Source of the DNA: Candidatus Cloacimonadota bacterium | GTDB taxonomy: Bacteria > Cloacimonadota > Cloacimonadia > Cloacimonadales > Cloacimonadaceae | Assembly (NCBI GenBank): GCA_035450685.1 | Contig: DAOTNF010000004.1 | Span: 42,612-106,611 of the forward strand | Reading direction: 5' to 3' | Length of the DNA: 64,000 nt | Part shown: one piece after another, positions 1-10,175 of the stretch | How the letters are laid out: the number at the start of each line of letters is the position of its first letter | Numbering within the stretch: the stretch's first letter is position 1 | Program-made: the position numbers and the translations under genes | Notes under the pieces: model-generated | Databases searched by the model: none | What the model saw: only the letters and a program-made list of their open reading frames with translations | Told to the model about the DNA's origin: nothing

Positions 1-459
1 GTGTTCATCGCGGGATTGGAAGAGGAACTGCTGCCCCACCGCATGAGCATGGAAAGCAGGGAGAGCATCGAGGAAGAGCGGCGCCTCTTCTATGTGGGCG
101 TCACCCGTGCCAAAACCCGCCTGCTGCTCAGCTATGCCAAATGCCGCCGCATCTACGACACTTTCAGTTTCACCCGACCCAGCCTCTTTTTGCAGGAACT
201 GGAACAAGACCTCTTTGCCGGCAACAAAGACCCGGCAGACCTCGCGCGTGGCTCCCGTCCCCGTCCCAGGAAACGTGCCACCGTCACCGAGAAGGACAAG
301 CAGTTCAGGATTGGCCAGCAGGTCTGGCACTCTGAATACGGGCGCGGACTGGTGCTCAGCGTGGACGGAGTGGGGCCGGATGCCCGCCTCACCATATCTT
401 TTGACAGGGGCAAGCTCACCAAGATCATCGGCACCTTTGTGAGCACCGAGCCACTTTAG
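1..459 (+). CDS. UvrD/PcrA/Rep-family DNA helicase, C-terminal fragment (5' end outside window)
   Basis: Frame is open from base 1; stop TAG 457-459. Helicase motif VI-like 'EERRLFYVGVTRAKTRLLLSYA' plus UvrD-type C-terminal tail 'FRIGQQVWHSEYGRGLVLSV'. Confidence 0.8.
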   Translation: MFIAGLEEELLPHRMSMESRESIEEERRLFYVGVTRAKTRLLLSYAKCRRIYDTFSFTRPSLFLQELEQDLFAGNKDPADLARGSRPRPRKRATVTEKDKQFRIGQQVWHSEYGRGLVLSVDGVGPDARLTISFDRGKLTKIIGTFVSTEPL

Positions 460-468
460 GACGGAAGG

Positions 469-3400
469 ATGTTGTTCAAAGAGCTCCGTCCCATCCTGGA
501 TGGATCACCCTTTCTTGCCTCACTGCCTTCACTGCTGCAAAGCGGAGAGCGTGTCCAGATCCATCATCTTAACCAAAGCGCCAGGGCTCTGGTGGCAGCC
601 CGCCTCTGGGAAGATACCCAAAAGAACGTTCTGATCGTCTCACAGGACGATATCATCGCCGAGGACATCTGGGACGACCTGGTGGCCCTGCTGGGTGCCG
701 GCAACGCCCACTACCTGCCTGATTACGAGATTCTGCCCTACGAGGAGCGCTCGCCCCACTATTCCATCCGCGCCACCCGCATGATCTGCGTCAATCACAT
801 CCTGAGCGGCAAACCCGCTGTCTATAGCCTCTCCATCCGTGCCCTGATGCGCTGGCTGCCTCCCCTCAGTTCCATCGCCTCCCATGTGAAAGTCCTCACG
901 CCCGGCCTGGAGTATCCGCCCCAGCAGTTGATCCTGGACCTGGTCAATATGGGCTTTGAAGCGCAATACCAGGTGGGCAAGGTGTTCCAGGTAGCCCGGC
1001 GAGGCGGGATCGTTGACATCTTCAGTCCGCCAGACCTGAAGCCCGTGCGCATCGAGTTCTTCGGCGACGAGATCATCACCATGCGCTACTTTTCCACCAA
1101 TACACAGCGCTCGGAACCGGGAGAGGTGCCTTCCTACACCATTATTCCCGCCCGCGAGTTTTGCCTGGACGACATCAAGGATAGCTCCCCCCTGGCGGCC
1201 ATGCTGAAAACCAAGGGCTTCTACGAAGGCATCGAAAACCAGTATTCGCTGCTGCTGGACGAACTTTCCACCTTTGCCGACTACTTCGATCCTCAACAGC
1301 GGATCATGCTTTTCAACAACTACATCTACATCCAGGAAGAGTTTGAACAACTGGCGGAACAGGTGCTGGAACAATACCGCCGCGAACTGAAAAGCAAGAC
1401 CAAAGCCAAGCTGAGCCCACCGGACAAGGTGATGGCGGATGAGGCTTACCTTCTCTCGCTCACCCGTCCCCAGAGCAGCCTCTTCCTTTCCCAGAGCGAG
1501 TTTGTGCTGCCCTTTGCCGCTCGTGGCCTGAAAGCCCCCTTCGAGTCCCAGCCTTCCTTCAACGGCGATCTGGCGTTGCTGGCGGACAGCATCCGCCAGA
1601 TGGAAGTGCAGGGGACAAACCCCATCCTGCTCTTCGACAACCCCAGCCAGAGCAAGCGCATGCACGAACTCTTGGCGGATTACGCCTGCTCGCCCCAAAG
1701 CCTGATCGGTGTTTTGCACGAGGGTTTCCAGGTGCTGGATTGCGGCCTCGCGCTGTGGACCGACCACGAGATCTTCAACCGCTACAAGCGCAAGCGCTAC
1801 GCCCCCCGATACGCTCCGGGAGAGGAGATCGTGGACTACGAAAGCCTCAGCCCGGGCGATTACGTGGTGCATGTGGATCATGGCATCGGGGTTTTTGAAG
1901 GGCTCAAGATCATTCGTCTGGACAGCCAGGACACGGAGTGCCTGGTCTTGCGCTACGCCGGGGATGACCGGGTCTATGTGCCAACCTATCAACTAAAACT
2001 GGTTTCCAAATACATTGCCGAGGAAAGCGCGTCCCCAACCCTCAATAAGATTGGCTCGGCGAAATGGCAGCACACCAAGCGCAAGGCCACGGAGCAGATC
2101 GAACTGATCGCCGCGGACATCGTCAAACTCTACGCCGAACGCAGTTCCCGCCTGGGCATTGCCCACAAACCGGACACCGACTGGCAGCGCGAGATGGAGG
2201 AATCCTTCATCTATGAGGACACCCCCGACCAGGCGCGTTCCAATGCCGAGATCAAAGCGGATATGGAAAGCCCCGCTCCGATGGAGCGCCTGCTTTGCGG
2301 GGATGTGGGTTTCGGCAAGACGGAGGTGGCCATCCGCGCCGCCTTCAAAGCGGTATGTTCGGGCTATCAGGTGGCAGTCCTGGTGCCCACCACCCTGCTG
2401 GCGGAGCAGCATTGGCGCGTCTTCAGGGAGCGTCTGGCCAAGTATCCCGTGCGGATAGCCATGTTCAGCCGTTTCCGCAGCGATAAAATGATCAGCGAAG
2501 ATATGGCAGGCCTGGCCTCCGGCAAGGTGGATATCGCCATCGGAACTCACCGCTTGCTTTCCAGGGATGTCCAGTTCAAAAAGCTCGGGCTGCTGATAAT
2601 TGACGAGGAGCACCGCTTCGGAGTGCGCCACAAGGAACGCCTCCGCAAGCTGCAATCCAACGTGGACACCCTTTACATGAGCGCAACGCCGATCCCGCGC
2701 ACCCTCAATATGGCGCTCGCCAAGCTCAAAGAGATATCCCTGATGCAGACCTCGCCCAAGGAGCGCCTGCCGATCCGCACCATCATCACCCCGCGCGACA
2801 GCGAGGTGATCAAGGACGCCATCCGCCGCGAACTCGACCGGGGCGGGCAGGTGTTCTTCATCCACAACCGCGTGCAGACCATCGAGACAGTCGCCGAGGA
2901 ACTGCGCCAGTTACTGCCGGATGTGAGGTTCGCCGTCGGCCACGCCCAAATGCAGGAACGCCATCTGGAAGACGTGATGCAGGCTTTCGTCAACCGCGAA
3001 TACCAGGTGCTGATCTCAACCACCATTGTGGAAAACGGGATCGACATCCCCAACGCCAACACCATCCTCATCGACCGCGCGGATACCTTTGGCCTTGCCC
3101 AGCTATATCAGATGCGGGGCAGGGTGGGACGCAGCAACCGCCGCGCCTACGCCTACCTGCTGATCCCCAAAGGCACCACCAACGTTGCCCGCCAGCGCCT
3201 GGAAGCGCTCACCCAATACGACTATTTGGGCGCAGGATTCCAGGTCGCGCTGCGCGATCTCGAACTGCGCGGGGCGGGAACGATTCTGGGCACCAAACAG
3301 AGCGGCATCATCCAGGCCATCGGCTTCAACTACTACAACAGCCTGCTGGGAGGAGCCATCGCCGCCGCGGAAAAGGGCGAGGCCTTCGCTCCGGAAGACG

Positions 3401-3876
3401 AGACGCCCAAGACCCGCCGCCGACTCATCACCGAGATCGACCTCTACTTTCCCCCGAGTTTTATCGAGGATGACGAGCAGCGCCTGGCTATCTACCGCCG
3501 TTTGAGCGAATTCGACGACTTTGCCCAGATCGCCGACTTTGAGGATGAACTGCGCGACCGCTTTGGAGAACTGCCCGAGAAAGCCGCCTGGCTGCTTATG
3601 TATTTCAAGCTGAACATCCTGAGCAAACAGGCCGGACTGCAAAACTGCCATGTGCGCCATAATACCCTTACCCTGGAGTTCCGTCCTGACAAGCTGCCCG
3701 CCAAAGAGAAGATCCTGGCTTTCAGCGCCCAGGTGAAATATGAACTGCGCTTCGAGGCCACCAAAGGGCTTAAAATGTTCATCTATTTTCCAAAAGAGAT
3801 GGAATACAGGGAGCAGTTCGAGCAGTCGCTACAACTTTTGGAAAAATTCATCTCCGCCGGAAATCAGAAAAGCTAA
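469..3876 (+). CDS. mfd: transcription-repair coupling factor Mfd
   Basis: 1135-aa ORF. SF2 helicase motifs 'GDVGFGKTEVAIRAAF', 'LLIIDEEHRFGV', 'MSATPIPRTL', 'YQMRGRVGRS'. Length and layout are typical of Mfd. Confidence 0.95.
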   Translation: MLFKELRPILDGSPFLASLPSLLQSGERVQIHHLNQSARALVAARLWEDTQKNVLIVSQDDIIAEDIWDDLVALLGAGNAHYLPDYEILPYEERSPHYSIRATRMICVNHILSGKPAVYSLSIRALMRWLPPLSSIASHVKVLTPGLEYPPQQLILDLVNMGFEAQYQVGKVFQVARRGGIVDIFSPPDLKPVRIEFFGDEIITMRYFSTNTQRSEPGEVPSYTIIPAREFCLDDIKDSSPLAAMLKTKGFYEGIENQYSLLLDELSTFADYFDPQQRIMLFNNYIYIQEEFEQLAEQVLEQYRRELKSKTKAKLSPPDKVMADEAYLLSLTRPQSSLFLSQSEFVLPFAARGLKAPFESQPSFNGDLALLADSIRQMEVQGTNPILLFDNPSQSKRMHELLADYACSPQSLIGVLHEGFQVLDCGLALWTDHEIFNRYKRKRYAPRYAPGEEIVDYESLSPGDYVVHVDHGIGVFEGLKIIRLDSQDTECLVLRYAGDDRVYVPTYQLKLVSKYIAEESASPTLNKIGSAKWQHTKRKATEQIELIAADIVKLYAERSSRLGIAHKPDTDWQREMEESFIYEDTPDQARSNAEIKADMESPAPMERLLCGDVGFGKTEVAIRAAFKAVCSGYQVAVLVPTTLLAEQHWRVFRERLAKYPVRIAMFSRFRSDKMISEDMAGLASGKVDIAIGTHRLLSRDVQFKKLGLLIIDEEHRFGVRHKERLRKLQSNVDTLYMSATPIPRTLNMALAKLKEISLMQTSPKERLPIRTIITPRDSEVIKDAIRRELDRGGQVFFIHNRVQTIETVAEELRQLLPDVRFAVGHAQMQERHLEDVMQAFVNREYQVLISTTIVENGIDIPNANTILIDRADTFGLAQLYQMRGRVGRSNRRAYAYLLIPKGTTNVARQRLEALTQYDYLGAGFQVALRDLELRGAGTILGTKQSGIIQAIGFNYYNSLLGGAIAAAEKGEAFAPEDETPKTRRRLITEIDLYFPPSFIEDDEQRLAIYRRLSEFDDFAQIADFEDELRDRFGELPEKAAWLLMYFKLNILSKQAGLQNCHVRHNTLTLEFRPDKLPAKEKILAFSAQVKYELRFEATKGLKMFIYFPKEMEYREQFEQSLQLLEKFISAGNQKS

Positions 3877-3970
3877 GCAACAGCCCTGCCAGACAGGATT
3901 TCAGGCATTTCCATATCCTTCATCCCCTGGAGAATAGCCGGCAACTGTCTGCAAGATCCTTCATAGGCTA

Positions 3971-4077
3971 TCCTTTGCACTATCAACACCTTATGCCATC
4001 ATCCTTAGGTCATCCTTATAGAGGTTAAGGTTGACCTAAGGATGACCCACGTTTGAGAACAGGATGCAAAGGAGGGC
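3971..4077. repeat. palindromic iteron element, copy 1 (TAAGGATGACC family)
   Basis: Left arm CATCATCCTTAGGTCATCC (3997-4015) pairs with GGTTGACCTAAGGATGA (4029-4045). 11-bp phased TAAGGTTGACC (4026) / TAAGGATGACC (4037) / ACAGGATGCAA (4059). Outer inverted repeat TCCTTTGCA (3971) / TGCAAAGGA (4065). Lies between convergent mfd and the efflux operon. Confidence 0.6.
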
Positions 4078-4122
4078 GAAATTCCCCGCGCGAGGCATGC
4101 CAGAACCCGCCAGGGGACGAGT

Positions 4123-4159
4123 GGCAAAGGAAAACGGAGCAGATTCCGCTCCGTTTTCC
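4123..4159 (-). terminator. stem-loop terminator downstream of the efflux operon
   Basis: GGAAAACGGAGC-AGATTCC-GCTCCGTTTTCC (4129-4159), a 12-bp perfect stem. On the minus strand it is followed by TTTGCC. Lies 29 nt past the permease stop. Confidence 0.5.
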
Positions 4160-4187
4160 CAAATTGCAGGTGTTGCTTTTGGCATGG

Positions 4188-5405
4188 CTACTCGTAGCGC
4201 AAGGCGTCGATCAGGTTGAGGTTGGCTGCCTTGCGGGCGGGATACCAGCCGAAAAAGATGCCGATGAGCATGGAAAAGCCCACCGAGAGGAAGACCGACC
4301 ACGCCGTTATATTGATGCTCCACTCCATATATTTGCCCAGCAGTTCAGCCGCGGTGACGCCCAGCAGGATGCCGATCAGGCCCCCGAAAATACTGATGGT
4401 GACGGCTTCGATGATAAACTGCAGCAACACATCGCGTTTACCCGCGCCCACGGCCATACGGATGCCGATCTCCTTGATGCGTTCCGTCACCGAGACCAGC
4501 ATGATGTTCATGATGCCGATTCCACCCACCAGCAGCGAAATTCCCGCGATGCTGGCGAGCAGGATGGTCATGGTGTCGGAAACGGTGCTGGCAGCTTCGG
4601 CGATGTCGGTTTGCGAGCTGACGCTGAAATCATCCGCCGTGGTGCCGCGATGCCTGTTTTGCAGCAGGTTGAGGATGTCATCCTGAACCAGGGGGATGCG
4701 CTCTTTGGACTCTGCCGAGACAAAGATGGTCAAAAACCGCCAGCGGTGCCCCATCAGACGGGTGGAGGTGGTGGTGAAAGGCGCCAGCACAATGTCGTCC
4801 TGATCCATGCCGGAGGCGCTGGATCCCTTGGAGCGGAGCACGCCCTTCACCGTGAAGGGAATGTTGCGGATGCGGATCACCTTACCCACAGGATCGATGC
4901 CGGCGAAGAGGTTGTCCGCCACGGTCTTGCCGATCACGCAGACCTTGGTGCCGCTTTCCACGTCCGACGCGTAAAACGGGTGACCGTTTTCCATGCTCAA
5001 ATCCCTGATCTGAAAATAGTCCACATCCACGCCCATCACGCGTCCCCGCCAGTTGCTGTTGCCATACTTTAGCTGGCCAAAGGTGTTGTAAACCGGGGAG
5101 GTGAAGAGGACTCCATCCACGCCGTTCCTGATGGCGTCCACATCCTCCTCTTCCAGGGTGTTGCCGCTGCCGGCGGCTTGCCGGGCGGTGTTTTGGGTGT
5201 TGGTGAAGTTGCTGGTGACCATGATAACGTTGGTGCCCATGCTGGAGATTTGGTCATCCACCACTTTTTTTGCACCCTCGCCGATGGCGAGCATGGTTAT
5301 CACCGCGGCCACGCCGATGATGATGCCCAGCATGGTGAGAAAGGTGCGGGTCTTGTTGCGGGTGAGCGATTTAAGGGCGATGCGAATGATTCCGATGATG
5401 GACAT
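4188..5405 (-). CDS. ABC transporter permease, MacB/FtsX family
   Basis: 405 aa. N-terminal TM 'RTFLTMLGIIIGVAAVITMLAIG', large periplasmic domain, C-terminal FtsX-type 3-TM bundle. Its start overlaps the stop of the upstream ATPase gene (TGATG). Confidence 0.9.
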   Translation of the reverse strand: MSIIGIIRIALKSLTRNKTRTFLTMLGIIIGVAAVITMLAIGEGAKKVVDDQISSMGTNVIMVTSNFTNTQNTARQAAGSGNTLEEEDVDAIRNGVDGVLFTSPVYNTFGQLKYGNSNWRGRVMGVDVDYFQIRDLSMENGHPFYASDVESGTKVCVIGKTVADNLFAGIDPVGKVIRIRNIPFTVKGVLRSKGSSASGMDQDDIVLAPFTTTSTRLMGHRWRFLTIFVSAESKERIPLVQDDILNLLQNRHRGTTADDFSVSSQTDIAEAASTVSDTMTILLASIAGISLLVGGIGIMNIMLVSVTERIKEIGIRMAVGAGKRDVLLQFIIEAVTISIFGGLIGILLGVTAAELLGKYMEWSINITAWSVFLSVGFSMLIGIFFGWYPARKAANLNLIDALRYE

Positions 5406-6169
5406 CAGCTTGCCTCCAGTGGTTCGTCATCCAGGCGGGGAAGCTTTTTGAGGTCTTCAGCCGCGTTGCGGGGATTGGGATTGGCGACATCGGAGATAAT
5501 CCTGCCATCCCGGAAGGTGATGATCCGCCCGGTGTATTGGGAAATATCGAACTCGTGGGTGACCAGAACCACGGTCTTGCCCTGGGCGTGAAACTTCTGG
5601 AAAAACCCCATCACTTCCACGCTGGTGCGGGTGTCCAGGTTTCCGGTGGGTTCATCCGCCAGCAGGAATACCGGGTCGTTCACAATGGCCCGGGCGATCG
5701 CCACCCGCTGCTGCTGGCCACCGGAGAGCTGATTGGGAAAGTGTTTGGCACGTTCGTCCAAGCCTACGGCGCCAAGCGCGTTGAGGGCCATGGCGTGGCG
5801 GTCTTTGGGCAGCACTTTTTTGGAATAGAGCAGGGGCAGCTCCACGTTTTCCAGGGCGGTTGTGCGGGGCAGCAGGTAGAAACTCTGAAACACGTAGCCG
5901 ATTTTCTGGTTGCGCACCCGGGTGAGTTCAGCGTCGTCCATGCTGTGCACGTCCACTCCATCCAGGCTGTATGAGCCGGAACTGGGGTGATCCAGGCAAC
6001 CCAAAAGGTTCATGAAGGTGGTCTTGCCAGAGCCGCTGGCGCCCATGATGGCGATGAACTCGCCTTCCCGGATGTCCAGGTCGATGCCGCGCAGGGCGTG
6101 CACCTGCACCTCGCCCATTTGGTAGGTCTTGGTGAGGCCGCGCACGCTGATGAGGGTTTTGGCCGCCAT
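5405..6169 (-). CDS. ABC transporter ATP-binding protein (MacB/LolD-type)
   Basis: Walker A 'GASGSGKTT', signature '[14 protein letters not shown]', Walker B '[11 protein letters not shown]'. Confidence 0.95.
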   Translation of the reverse strand: MAAKTLISVRGLTKTYQMGEVQVHALRGIDLDIREGEFIAIMGASGSGKTTFMNLLGCLDHPSSGSYSLDGVDVHSMDDAELTRVRNQKIGYVFQSFYLLPRTTALENVELPLLYSKKVLPKDRHAMALNALGAVGLDERAKHFPNQLSGGQQQRVAIARAIVNDPVFLLADEPTGNLDTRTSVEVMGFFQKFHAQGKTVVLVTHEFDISQYTGRIITFRDGRIISDVANPNPRNAAEDLKKLPRLDDEPLEAS

Positions 6170-6172
6170 AGC

Positions 6173-7558
6173 TTAGAATCTCGGTCCCATGCCCGGTCTG
6201 CCCTGGATGGCGCTGTTGACGGGAGCCTGGGAGGGGTCTTTGTAGTTCACTCCGGTGATTATCTCCAGCTTGGGATCCAATTCACTCAGCACTTCCACAA
6301 AGGCGCCGTCGGAAACACCCGTGCGCACGGCGATCAACTGGGGAGTCTTGTCTTTGAGCACCCAGATCATGGATATGCCGCCGCTGCCGCCTCCAAAGGG
6401 CGCTGGCCTTCCGGAGAACCCGCCGCCAAAGGGCCCGGGCCTGCCGCCGCTTCTGCCTGGTTCCATTCCGCCGCTGGGGGCTGCCTTCGCCTTGTCAGTC
6501 CTGTCCGGCTTGCCTGCCGGGCCGGCATCCGGTCTTTTGTCCCGGGGAGGCTTGATTGAACTCATCAGCTTTTCCATGGCCTGTTTGCGGGCTTCGTTGA
6601 CCATGCCATCCTCCCATTTGAGGCCAAAGAGTTCCCACACCTCTTTGCTGGGGGAAAAGCGGGAAGCGGTTTCCGGTATTCTGAGCACGTTCTCTTTGGA
6701 CTGGGTGATGATGGTTACGTTGGTGGTCATTCCGGGCAGCAGCTTGTGTCCGGGGTTGTCGGCGTCGATGATCACGCTGTAGCTGACCACGTTTTGTTCG
6801 GTGGTCGATTTGAGGCGGATTTGCTTCACAAAGCCCATAAACTGCTCGCCGGCGTAGGCGTCCACGGAAAACTCCACGGGCATGCCTTCCTTGATGCGGC
6901 CGATATCGGCTTCATCAACGTTGGCGGTGATCTGCATCTGGTCAAGGTTGTTGGCGATGGTGAAGAGGGTGGGGGAGCTCATACTTGCCGCAACAGTCTG
7001 TCCCGCGGCAACTTCCCGGGAGACGATCACGCCATCTATGGGGGAGGTGATGGAGGCATTGCGCAGGTTCTTTTCCGCGCGCTGCAAGGCAAGATTGGCG
7101 TTGTTAAAGGTTTGCTCCGCCTGCCGGAAGGTAAACTCCGCCTGCTGCAGGTCATATTGGGGCGCGTAGCCTTTGGCGGCCAGGCCTTGGTAGTTTTCAA
7201 AGTCCAGCCTGGCCTTGTTGAGGGCCAGCCTGGCCTTGTTCACCTCGAGGCGCGCGGATTCCAGGTTGGTGCTGAGGATCTCCGTATCCAGTTTGGCAAG
7301 GAGTTCGCCTTTGCGCACCCTGTCGTTAAAATCTTTGTAAATCTTGTCGATGCGGCCGGAGACTTCGGTGCCCACCTCCACCAGCTCAAAGGGGTTGATG
7401 GAGCCGGTGGCGGTCACCACTTCGCGGATCGTGCCCATCGAGGGCTTGTCTGTCCGCCACTCGGGGCGGGAACTCTTTTTGCGGATTTGGGTATAGACCA
7501 CCACTGCTGCGATTATCAGCAGGGCGATCAGGGTGTATCTGAGGTATTTATTCTTCAT
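6173..7558 (-). CDS. efflux transporter periplasmic adaptor subunit (HlyD/MacA family) with Gly/Pro-rich insertion
   Basis: 461 aa. N-terminal membrane anchor, long coiled-coil hairpin region (LESARLEVNKARLALNKARLDFENY...), beta-barrel segment. Sits between the TolC-like and ABC genes. Confidence 0.85.
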   Translation of the reverse strand: MKNKYLRYTLIALLIIAAVVVYTQIRKKSSRPEWRTDKPSMGTIREVVTATGSINPFELVEVGTEVSGRIDKIYKDFNDRVRKGELLAKLDTEILSTNLESARLEVNKARLALNKARLDFENYQGLAAKGYAPQYDLQQAEFTFRQAEQTFNNANLALQRAEKNLRNASITSPIDGVIVSREVAAGQTVAASMSSPTLFTIANNLDQMQITANVDEADIGRIKEGMPVEFSVDAYAGEQFMGFVKQIRLKSTTEQNVVSYSVIIDADNPGHKLLPGMTTNVTIITQSKENVLRIPETASRFSPSKEVWELFGLKWEDGMVNEARKQAMEKLMSSIKPPRDKRPDAGPAGKPDRTDKAKAAPSGGMEPGRSGGRPGPFGGGFSGRPAPFGGGSGGISMIWVLKDKTPQLIAVRTGVSDGAFVEVLSELDPKLEIITGVNYKDPSQAPVNSAIQGRPGMGPRF

Positions 7559-7570
7559 GTGCTCTTCTTT

Positions 7571-8821
7571 TTACCATTTGCCCAACAGTTTCCGGGAAAG
7601 CAGGTTGTTGATGGCTTCCTGCCTGGCCAGGATCTGGTAGCGGTTGTTGTTGTACTGGATGTCGGAGTTGATGTATTCCACGCGGGTTTTGTCCAGTTCC
7701 AGCAGTTCGATGAGGCCCAGGCGGTAGCGTTCTTCGGCAATCCTGATCTGTTCGGTGGATTGTTCCAGCTTTTCCCGGTAGAGGCCGTCGAGGTTTTGCA
7801 GGTATTCAAGTTCGAGGTTCATGGTCTCATACTGCACCCGCAGGTCGTCGATCTGGTTTTCCAGTTCCAGCTTTGCCAGGCGCAGCCCGATGCCGGAGCG
7901 TTTGTCCACCTGGCTCTGTCGCAGGGGGTTCCACAGTGAGTAGGAGAGGTTGAGGGAGATGGTGTGGGAGCCGCTGTAATGATCCAGTTCAAAATCCTGT
8001 CCGCTGACGGCGCGGTCGTAGTTGTAGCCCAGGTTTACGCGGGGGAAGTAGCCCAAAAACACCTGATTGCCGCTCAATTCGCTGCGTTTGATATCGGCTT
8101 TGAGGAGTTTGACGGCGGTGCTGTTTTCCACGCTGCAGCCTTCGGTCTGAAAGTCAGGGTTAGGTCCCAGGTCGGCAAGCTCGTAACCTTCATCCTGCAG
8201 TGAGACTAGGGCAAAGAGCTGCTGGCGCTGGGTGGAGATGGTGTTTTCCAGTTGCAATATTGAAATGCGGGAGTTCATCACCGCGATCTCGGCTTCCTTC
8301 ACGTCGTAGGCGGTGTTTTTGCCCAGTTGGTTGAGCACCTTGCTCTGTTCCCAGACCCTGGTTTGGATTTCCAGGTTCTTGCGCAGCGAGAGCAGTTGTT
8401 TCTGCGCCTTCAGCACTTCCAGGTAGGCCGAGAAGACGGAATAGGCATAGCCGCTGCTGCTTTTGGAGTAAGTGAGTGCAGCCTTCTGATCGTCCAGCCT
8501 GGCATATTTGTAGTTGAACCAGGCGTCGTCATTGAGGCTGATGGTCTTGTTCACGGAAATCCTGGCGCTGCTGCTGAGGTCGGAAAGCTCCGGCGCCTGG
8601 GGATTGTAAAGGTCGTGCCGCACATTGAAGCCCAAATCCACCTCGGGCAGCAGGTTGAGCCTGGCACTGGTGAGGCTGGAACGGCTCGACAGGCTGCCGA
8701 GGCCGGCTTTTTGCATGGTCCAGCTGTGTTCCATGCCGTGGCTGATGAGGTCGTCAAGCGTGTACTGCTGGCCGCACAAGGCGATGGGCAGCAGAAACAG
8801 TAGTAACAGAATGTTTTTCAT
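7571..8821 (-). CDS. TolC-family outer membrane efflux protein
   Basis: 416 aa. Signal peptide 'MKNILLLLFLLPIALCGQQ', two-fold repeated OEP-like coiled-coil/beta halves. First gene of the 4-gene efflux operon. Confidence 0.85.
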   Translation of the reverse strand: MKNILLLLFLLPIALCGQQYTLDDLISHGMEHSWTMQKAGLGSLSSRSSLTSARLNLLPEVDLGFNVRHDLYNPQAPELSDLSSSARISVNKTISLNDDAWFNYKYARLDDQKAALTYSKSSSGYAYSVFSAYLEVLKAQKQLLSLRKNLEIQTRVWEQSKVLNQLGKNTAYDVKEAEIAVMNSRISILQLENTISTQRQQLFALVSLQDEGYELADLGPNPDFQTEGCSVENSTAVKLLKADIKRSELSGNQVFLGYFPRVNLGYNYDRAVSGQDFELDHYSGSHTISLNLSYSLWNPLRQSQVDKRSGIGLRLAKLELENQIDDLRVQYETMNLELEYLQNLDGLYREKLEQSTEQIRIAEERYRLGLIELLELDKTRVEYINSDIQYNNNRYQILARQEAINNLLSRKLLGKW

Positions 8822-9054
8822 ATATCCTCTATTATTAGAAAAGAAAGTCTCAAACGGGAACCTGGAATAGATTCCTTAATACACTATATACCACCCAGAC
8901 TGGCAGTTCCTCTGTCGAAAAACCAGTTTGGGAAACACTACTTAAGATACATATATTTTGAAGCCACATATTTAGACAAGGAAAATCCTTGCCTATAAAC
9001 GCAAGCTGAAAAATCTGGCATTCATAAACATAATTACGTATGCAAGGAGATAAG

Positions 9055-10056
9055 ATGCCTTTCAATCTTAGAAACCGCCATTTCCTGACCCTGATGGACT
9101 TCACCCCGCAGGAGATCAACTATTTGCTGGAACTCTCACTGGAACTCAAGAGGGCCAAATATGCCGGCACAGAACAACCCCGCCTCAAAGGGAAGAACAT
9201 CGCCCTGATCTTTGAAAAAGACAGCACCCGCACCCGCTGCGCCTTTGAAGTGGCAGCCCTGGACCAGGGCGCCCACGTTACCTATCTGGGCCCCACCGGC
9301 AGCCAGATGGGCAAGAAGGAATCCATCGCCGACACCGCCAGAGTGTTGGGTCGCATGTATGATGGCATCGAATACCGTGGCTATGGCCAGGAAATCGTGG
9401 AAGAGCTGGCCAAATACGCCGGAGTGCCTGTCTGGAACGGACTTACCGACCAGGATCACCCCACCCAGGTATTGGCCGACTTCCTCACCGCGATGGAACA
9501 CCTGAAAAAGCCGCTCAACGAAATGACCTTCGTCTATGCCGGAGACGGACGTAACAACGTCGCCAACGCCCTCATGATCGGCGGTGCCAAGACCGGAATG
9601 GACTTCCGTATTGTGAGCCCCAAAGAGCTGTTCCCGGATGCCAAGCTGCTGAAGAAATGCAAGGACGTGGCCAAGGAAACCGGCGCCACCATCACCATCA
9701 CCGATGACATCGCCAAAGGCGTGAAGGGTGCGGATGTGATCTACACCGACGTTTGGGTCTCCATGGGCGAGCCGGATAGCGTCTGGGCCAGCCGCATCAA
9801 ACAACTCAAACCCTATCAGGTGAACGCCGCCATGATGAAGAAGACAGGCAAGAAGAACACCCTTTTCATGCATTGCCTGCCCTCCTTCCACGACCTCAAG
9901 ACCACCATCGGCAAGCAAATCTACGAGAAATTCAAATTAACCGCCATGGAAGTGACCGACGAGGTCTTTGAATCCCCGAACTCCGTGGTCTTCGATGAAG
10001 CGGAAAACCGCATGCACACTATCAAGGCCGTGATGGTTGCCACTTTGGGCGACTGA
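9055..10056 (+). CDS. argF: ornithine carbamoyltransferase
   Basis: Motifs '[10 protein letters not shown]', 'DHPTQVLAD', 'FMHCLPSFH'. ATG 9055 is preceded by RBS AAGGAGA (9044-9050). The listed ORF start 9040 is probably too far upstream. Confidence 0.92.
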   Translation: MPFNLRNRHFLTLMDFTPQEINYLLELSLELKRAKYAGTEQPRLKGKNIALIFEKDSTRTRCAFEVAALDQGAHVTYLGPTGSQMGKKESIADTARVLGRMYDGIEYRGYGQEIVEELAKYAGVPVWNGLTDQDHPTQVLADFLTAMEHLKKPLNEMTFVYAGDGRNNVANALMIGGAKTGMDFRIVSPKELFPDAKLLKKCKDVAKETGATITITDDIAKGVKGADVIYTDVWVSMGEPDSVWASRIKQLKPYQVNAAMMKKTGKKNTLFMHCLPSFHDLKTTIGKQIYEKFKLTAMEVTDEVFESPNSVVFDEAENRMHTIKAVMVATLGD

Positions 10057-10082
10057 TCACAAGCCTGTATATATAGCCAGAT

Positions 10083-10112
10083 GCCGGAGGAATAACCGCC
10101 TCCGGTTTTTTT
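10083..10112 (+). terminator. rho-independent terminator of argF
   Basis: GCCGGAGG-loop-CCTCCGG followed by TTTTTTT. Confidence 0.7.
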
Positions 10113-10124
10113 GTGTTCACGCGC

Positions 10125-10151
10125 AAAAAAGCCCTCCAGGCAAGGGAGGGC
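10125..10151 (-). terminator. rho-independent terminator of the M28 peptidase gene
   Basis: GCCCTCC-AGGCAA-GGAGGGC, with a T6 run on the minus strand (plus-strand AAAAAA 10125-10130). Lies 25 nt past the stop. Confidence 0.65.
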
Positions 10152-10175
10152 TTGAATATTCACTATGCCAGACTG

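Noticed and set aside
640-1992. Long antisense or alternate-frame ORFs. Examples: 640..1992-, 1993..2865-, 4053..5072+, 6746..7939+, 9136..9918-, 37013..38299+, 48081..49160+, 60083..61393-.
   Set aside because: Each lies entirely inside a well-supported gene on the other strand or frame. Their compositions are low-complexity and rich in Gly/Ala/Arg/His, and none shows a recognisable motif. This is the usual stop-codon-poor shadow of GC-rich coding sequence.
8990-9040. ARG-box (ArgR operator) upstream of argF, around GCATTCATAAACATAATT.
   Set aside because: Only a partial resemblance to the TNTGAATWWWWATTCANW consensus, and there is no second box.
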